Shown here: one piece after another, positions 55,436 through 64,000 of the stretch
How positions within the stretch are numbered: position 1 is the first letter of the stretch
Layout: each line of letters begins with the position of its first letter
Assembly: GCF_009914755.1 (NCBI RefSeq)
Contig: NC_060931.1
Reading direction: 5' to 3' (one strand)
Length of the DNA stretch: 64,000 nucleotides
DNA from: the human T2T-CHM13v2.0 reference genome, Homo sapiens
Program-made: the position numbers and the translations under genes
The notes under the pieces: model-generated
Seen by the model: only the letters and a program-made list of their open reading frames with translations
Told to the model about the DNA's origin: nothing
Database searches by the model: none

Positions 55436-55802
<367 letters not shown>

Positions 55803-55815
55803 CCAAAAATTTTTA

Positions 55816-55963
<148 letters not shown>

Positions 55964-56223
55964 TAATTAATTAATTAAAATTGTTTCCAATTTGTGTCTA
56001 TTATGAACATTGCAACTCTGAATATTTTTGTTACATGTGTCTATTGTTGTAATATGTGTTTAATTATTTGTGATATTGAAATAATTTATATTTTTGTTAA
56101 CAATTTCTATTCTTTTTGAAGTATCTGTTTTGGTTCCTTGCCAGTTTTTTCTTTTGAGATGTTTGTGATTTTTTATGACTTGCAAATGTGTTTTATTAAG
56201 GACTTAAGGACTTAAGGTATGTG

Positions 56224-56270
<47 letters not shown>
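56224..56270. repeat. (CATATA)n microsatellite
   Basis: Direct reading. Confidence 0.92.
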
Positions 56271-56271
<1 letters not shown>

Positions 56272-56304
56272 CACATTTATCTATATATTTTTAAAATTTT
56301 TCAC

Positions 56305-56592
56305 TTTTTTGAATTGGAGTCTCACTCTGTTGGCCAGGCTGGAGTGCAGTGATGCGATTTCGGCTCACTACCACCTCTGCCTCCCGGGTTCAAGCAATTC
56401 TCCTGCCTCAGTCTCCTGTGTAGCTAGGATTATAGGTGCCTGCCACCATGCCCAGCTAATTTTTGTACTTTTAGTAGAGATAGGGTTTCACCACGTTGGC
56501 CAGGCTGATTTCGAACTCCTGACCTCAAGTGATCTGCCCACCTCGGCCTCCCAGAGTGCTGGGATTAGAGGCGTGATCCACTGTGCCCGGCC
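56305..56592 (-). mobile_element. AluS
   Basis: Full dimer. Confidence 0.93.
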
Positions 56593-57715
56593 TCTCTATT
56601 TCTTTTTTAAGGTATGATAAGACACAGGGATATTTCACCCTCCCCAAGTGGATAAATGATTGAACCAGCATCATTTGTTGGATAATTCATTCTCTACCTC
56701 CATGATTTCTAATGGTGGCCTCTCATAATTAAGTTTCCATGTATGCTTGAATCTGTTTCTGAGCTTTCTACTGTGTTATATTGGTTAGTTTTTCTCTCTT
56801 GTCACTTACCTCACTAAGTTAGCATAGCTTTATAGTAAGCCTTGTTTTCTAGCATAAAATACATGCTATGTTCTTCAAAATTGTTTTTTTCCAGAATGGT
56901 CTTGCCTGTGCTTATCCTTTAATTACATTTTCATATTTATTTTAGAATCAGGTTTTGTTTTCACACACATACAACTTTGAGATATTGATTAGAATGCATT
57001 GAATTTGTAGATTAATTTGGAAAAGTTGCCATCTTTATGAAGCCATGTCTTCCATTTATTTTAAAATTGCCTGTCCTGTCACTTTAATTTTCTTTCACTA
57101 AAGCTTATGTTCTAATTGTAGATTAGGTTGGCTCTCTTTCTGAAATGTTAGATTACCACGTATCTTTTGGAATTTTGGTTTGCAGGCTCATCTTGAGTAG
57201 GTGTTATTTTTGCATGCCTGTGTGCTCTAACGGGCAGCTAGGTCCAATTCCTGGCCAGGAGATTGTTTCATTGTATGTTTTAACCAGCTTTATTTGATTT
57301 TCATTTTATCTGTGTTGCAGTGTGGATGTCTCAGGAGATGAATTTATAGCACTTATTTGACCATGTGTCCATTATATATATATTATTTAGTAAATAATGC
57401 ACATTAGATAAAGAAGGATTTTGCATGGAAGGCTTAATTTTTGGCATCCTAATGTTAGTATAATAAGTGTGGTCTACTCTTCTTTCTGGGCTCATCTTCC
57501 TATCATTCCAGATTCACGTTCTTATGTGTCAGACATAAAGTAGACTGCTGTACCCCCAGGCATATCTTGTCACTAATAAGCTTTCCAGGGAGGAAACTTT
57601 ATAGGCTTACTTCACGGACTGAGTCACCTTCTAAAGAGTCTGGTTTTTGTTTTTGTTGTTTTGCAAGACCAAGCTTCGGCACAGGGAGGTTAATTGATGG
57701 GTTAAAAACATTCTG

Positions 57716-58036
57716 GACCGGGCGCAGTGGCTCACGCCTGTAATCCCAGCACTTTGGGAGGCCAAGTTGGGCGGATCACAAGTTCAGGAGATCGAGACCA
57801 TTCTGGCTAACACGGTGAAACCCTGTCTCTATTAAAAATACAAAAAAAACAAAAAAACAAAAAAATTGGCCGGGCGTGGTGGCGGGTGCCTGTAGTCCCA
57901 GCTACTCAGGAGGCTGAGGCAGGAGAATGGCGTGAACCCGGGAGGCAGAGCTTGCACTGAGCCAAGATTGCACCACTGCACTCCAGCCTGGGTGACAGAG
58001 CAAGACTCTGTCTCAAAAAAAAAAAAAAAAAAAAAA
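57716..58036 (+). mobile_element. AluY
   Basis: TSD aaaa(c/a)attctg. Confidence 0.95.
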
Positions 58037-58259
58037 ATTCTGAACATCCCTGGACTATAGAGTTTTTGCATTTGAATGATTAATTTTCCAGGGAGGGAGT
58101 ATTTGCTATAATATTTGGGACTTTGGGAACTTGTAGATTGGTACAAGTAATATTTCTGGAGAAATAGACCTGCTCTAAGGCATATTGATTTTAGAGATGT
58201 ATAGTTTGGGGCTGCCCTATATTCCTTTAAAATTTACTTTGTCTCAGTCGTTTTGTGAA

Positions 58260-59360
58260 GCATAATTTGGCTGTCTTAAATATCCTTCTCATACCCTGTC
58301 TTCTGCACACATGGAGTCCAGTTATTTCTATTCATTTGTATTTGATGCAGGAGTGATGGATAGATTTTGTGTGCAGGAACATTGCCAGAGATTTTACTTT
58401 TGTCAATATCCTCGGACATCCAAGTCAGTACGTTGCTTGAAGTCATGGGAGTCTGAGATGACATCCTGGTTTAGGCAATAACATGATCTTCTGCTGATTG
58501 ATTTTTATGACATTGTTTCTCTTATTTCTGTTTACTATTCTGTAGATAGGGCACCTCTCTTGTTCATCTTGTGGTGGTGGTTTTAGATTTTTTAGAAAGC
58601 TCTTCTCCCAGATGGAAAGTATATAGAGTAGCCCTTAGGATTTTATAGTTGCATCTTTCTTTCTCTAGAAACCTTACCACTTATTTATTCTCTTTCAGCT
58701 ATTTTGTCTTCAGCTGTTTACATTTTGTATTCCTTACTAGTCATTCGTTCTTTGAATATTCTCATTTCTTTGTCCTTTTCCATACAATTCCCATGTTGTA
58801 AATTTCCGCATTCTGCTTCTCAGGGCACATATCATTTTCATACTATGGACTGTCTTGTTCAAAATGTCAGTAAGCACCCTCATCTAATTTCTCCCAACCT
58901 CCAAAGGATGAGGAAACATTGCTCCATACTACTCATTTGATTTTCCCAAAGTGTAAATACCACAGTAGTATTTACACTAAAATTCCAGTGGGAATTTTAT
59001 TTCTGCCATTACATGGTTACTTTGCTTACAGTCCCTCTTTTTCACATTCTGCTGCCAGTGCTCCGAGCCTCTTCTGTGTGCATCTTGCACCTCTCAGCTT
59101 TCTTGCGCTCATCTCTTCTTGTGGTTTCACCCTCCGCTTACTCCTTCACACAGATGATATCTTCCTGCACACTAACCAAGTTGCCGGGTGGATGTCAAGC
59201 TCTGTTTTTCTGTTTCCTGTTGTAAGTAACCTGTAGAGTACATGACTCTTCAGGCTCTGGCCACACTGTCCTACGATTCAGTTGATGTGCATGATCTTCT
59301 TAGGTTCTACTGAACTCAAGGCATGTCTTTTCTACTCTCTGCCAAATTTCTGATCTTTAA
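58260..59360 (-). mobile_element. Very old HAL1/L1 ORF1-like remnant (tentative)
   Basis: Minus strand has degenerate traces of ORF1 C-terminal motifs (IRLxSDF / ILYP...KY) near 58300-58480. Confidence 0.4.
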
Positions 59361-59369
59361 GCAGGAGAA

Positions 59370-59703
<334 letters not shown>

Positions 59704-59836
59704 TAGCGGAGATCAGGCATATCAAGAGACTGTTAAACCCAACCAATCTCATCTTAAGTATCAATACTATTAAAAAGTGTGTATGTATACGTGTTTTCTG
59801 ATCCCAAAACTTTTGTTGTATTTCCTTCTAAACCTT

Positions 59837-60001
59837 AATTTTTTTGGTGTAGATAGATTTATATTATTAATGCCATGCTGCGTTTATAAGTTTGTTTTCA
59901 GCTTTTAAAAAATTCATTTAAATTTTTTTGGTGTAGATATATTTATATTGTTAATGCCATGCTGCATGTATAAGTTTGTTTTCAGCTTTTAAAAAATTCA
60001 T
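59837..60001. repeat. Tandem duplication, 84-bp period (81-bp copies)
   Basis: aatttttttggtgtagata...cagcttttaaaaaattcat at 59837-59917 and 59921-60001, 4 mismatches. Confidence 0.95.
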
Positions 60002-60028
60002 CATTGTAACATAAAAATTACCCCTTGC

Positions 60029-60326
60029 AGCCAGGTGTTATAGCTAATGCCTGTAATCCCAGCATTTTGGGAGGCCGAGGTGGGTGGATCACTTGAGGTC
60101 AGGAGTTCGAGACAAGCCTGGGCAACATAGCGAAACATCTCTACTAAAAAATACAAAAAAAATTGGCTGGATGTGATGGCATGTGCCTGTAGTTCCAGCT
60201 ACTCAGGAGGCTGAGGTGGGAGGATGGTTTGAGCTTGGGAAGTCAAGGCTGCAGTGAGCTATGATGGCACTATTGCATTCCAGCCTGGGCAACAGAGCAA
60301 AACTGTCTCAAAAAAAAAAAAAAAAA
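60029..60326 (+). mobile_element. AluJ/S
   Basis: TSD ttaccccttg. Confidence 0.93.
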
Positions 60327-61346
60327 GTTACCCCTTGTCAACAAATACTCCTCTAAAACAGTTATTCTCAATGGGAACGAGGTACAAAAAATAAGTCTCC
60401 CTCTCTTTCTGAGAGTCACATCTAGATTGACCCTGCTATTGTTAGGAGGATGTTCCTCAGATATGTTGGGGTTCGTGACCATTGTTCTGAAATAACATCT
60501 TTAGTGTTAGCTAAAGGGTGATATCATAAATCATCTAGCCATTCCTTGGGATTGAACATCTTGTCATCATCTTGAGTTTGTAGTGTCTCGTTATTATAAA
60601 GCTAGAATAAACATGCTTATTCATCAGTCTTTGTTCATAATTTTCATCATGTCCATAGGCTACATTTTTAGAAATGCAATTACTAGGTCAACAGATTTGA
60701 ATATTTTTCAGATTCTTTAATCATCTTGCCATGTTACTTTTCTAAACGTTGGTACTGAATTACACTCCCACCGTCAATGAACAAATATGCCTGTCGTGCT
60801 AAACTCTAGGCAGCACTGAATATTGCTGTTTAAAAAAAAATCTTTGCCAATTTGATAAGCCCAAATAGTACCTCATTACTGCTTCAATTTGCATATCTTT
60901 GATTACTAGTAAGTCAGTACCATATTTTAGGAGACCATTTTATCTTGTTTTGACACAGCCTCAACTAGAGTATGTGTTGAATTGCAACTGTCAAGATAAA
61001 TCATTGAAATTAAAAGCTGTAATCCTGGGTTATAATAACCTCATCCAGTCTATGTAGCACTGAAAGCTGCCTAATTAGAAGCAACAGAACTCTAACTCAT
61101 GACTATATATTTTTAAACTTTTAATTGTGGATTTTTGTAATACTCAAGAGGGGAGAGAATAATATAACCAATTCCGTGTAACCATCATCTTAGCTTTGAC
61201 AACCATCAGCATTCTACAGTTCTGATTTTCTCTATCTTCCCAGTTTTGGCAGTAGGGAAGGCATTGGAATATTTAAAATCTAATAACAGACATAATATCA
61301 TTTTATCCGTGAATACTTCTGTATACAACATATAAAGAATTTTTAG

Positions 61347-61970
<624 letters not shown>

Positions 61971-62009
61971 AAGACTTTTAAAATTTGAATGCCTCCTCCC
62001 AGTACTTTT

Positions 62010-62070
62010 TATATATAATATATAACATATATAATATATATAATATATAATTATATATAATACATATATA
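62010..62070. repeat. AT-rich (TA)n low-complexity repeat
   Basis: Direct reading. Confidence 0.9.
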
Positions 62071-62888
62071 CATGATTTTTAATAAGTTTTTAAATTGGAG
62101 TATACCATACACACAGAAAAGGGCACAGATCTTACATGAACTGCTGGATGAATTATTACAAAATGAACACAGCCAGCAAATAGCTCAAGAAATAGAACGT
62201 TAATAGCACCTTCAGAGTTCTCTCCTGGTCATCAGCCCCTCCCCTCTCTAAAAATAATTGCTATTTTGATTGCTAACACCGTAAGGTAGATTTGCCTGGT
62301 TTTGAATGTTGTGGAATCCTAACAATTTAAATTCTTTTGTGAATATATGTATTTTTTCTTTATGTATGTTTGTTAGATTCATCCATGATGTGTGCAGCTG
62401 TAATTCATCCATTTTCATTGCTATATGTCAATATATGAGTATGCCACGATTTATTCCTTCCACTATTGAGGGATATTCACATTGCATCCTGGTTGGGGCT
62501 ATGATGAATAATTGCACTAATAACTTTTCTGTACATGTTTTTTGATATACATGTGGGCTAACTGATGTTCACTGTGTATTTGGGAGTGGAATTGCCACCT
62601 GATTGGGTGTTCTGCATTCAGTCATCATTAGTAGATAGTGCCAGACAATCGCACGGCCATATAAGAACATTCAAGGCTTTGGTCAATGTTTCTTTTGCAT
62701 TGTCTTTTTCTTATTGGTTTATAGGATTTTTAAATGTATTCTAGACAGGAGTAAATGTCCCTTTCTGCTCTATGTCTTCTCTCTCCATTGCCTCATGACT
62801 TTTGATAAGAAGTAGCCAACTTCAATGTAGTCAGTTTATCAGGTGTCTTTATCTGGTGAGTGCATTTTATCCTGTTTAAGAAAGTCAT

Positions 62889-63415
<527 letters not shown>

Positions 63416-63432
63416 TTACATGTTTGGGTCTG

Positions 63433-63750
<318 letters not shown>

Positions 63751-64000
63751 CCTACTGTTGATTTTTTATAAATACTCCACCATACTGAAGAAATTTCTTT
63801 TTATTCCTAGCTTTATGTGACTATTATCAATGGCTATTGGGTTTTTATCATATCATTTTTTTTGCGTCTATTGAGATTATATGATTTCCTTTATTCTGCT
63901 AATATGGTGAATTGCATTGATTTTCAAATAACAAACCAAATTCTATTCATGCAATAAACTCATCTTGGTTACTATGTATTATCTTTTTTGTGTATCTTGG

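Overview
Primate (almost certainly human) genomic DNA that is intronic and extremely rich in Alu and L1 repeats. It holds one real coding exon (13180-13315, + strand). This exon translates to (R)NLEPVTQLYVSVDASTKDSLKKIDRPLFKDFWQRFLDSLKALAVK, part of the radical-SAM domain of the tRNA-wybutosine synthase TYW1; the 7q11 paralog TYW1B cannot be fully excluded. An antisense miRNA hairpin matching MIR4650 lies at 10019-10094. The remaining ~50 kb downstream is one large intron containing ~60 Alus, old L1M fragments, MaLR/ERVL solo LTRs, DNA-transposon MITEs, L2/MIR, microsatellites and short tandem duplications. The supplied ORF track misses the true exon frame, and its ORFs are repeat-derived or chance. 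I found no convincing new multi-gene system. The best leads are (i) a strong sense-strand splice acceptor plus in-frame stop inside the MIR4650 hairpin (possible poison exon), (ii) the atypical acceptor of the real exon, and (iii) several mechanistically odd retrotransposon structures. Repeat family names come from recall of consensus sequences, and repeat boundaries are approximate.
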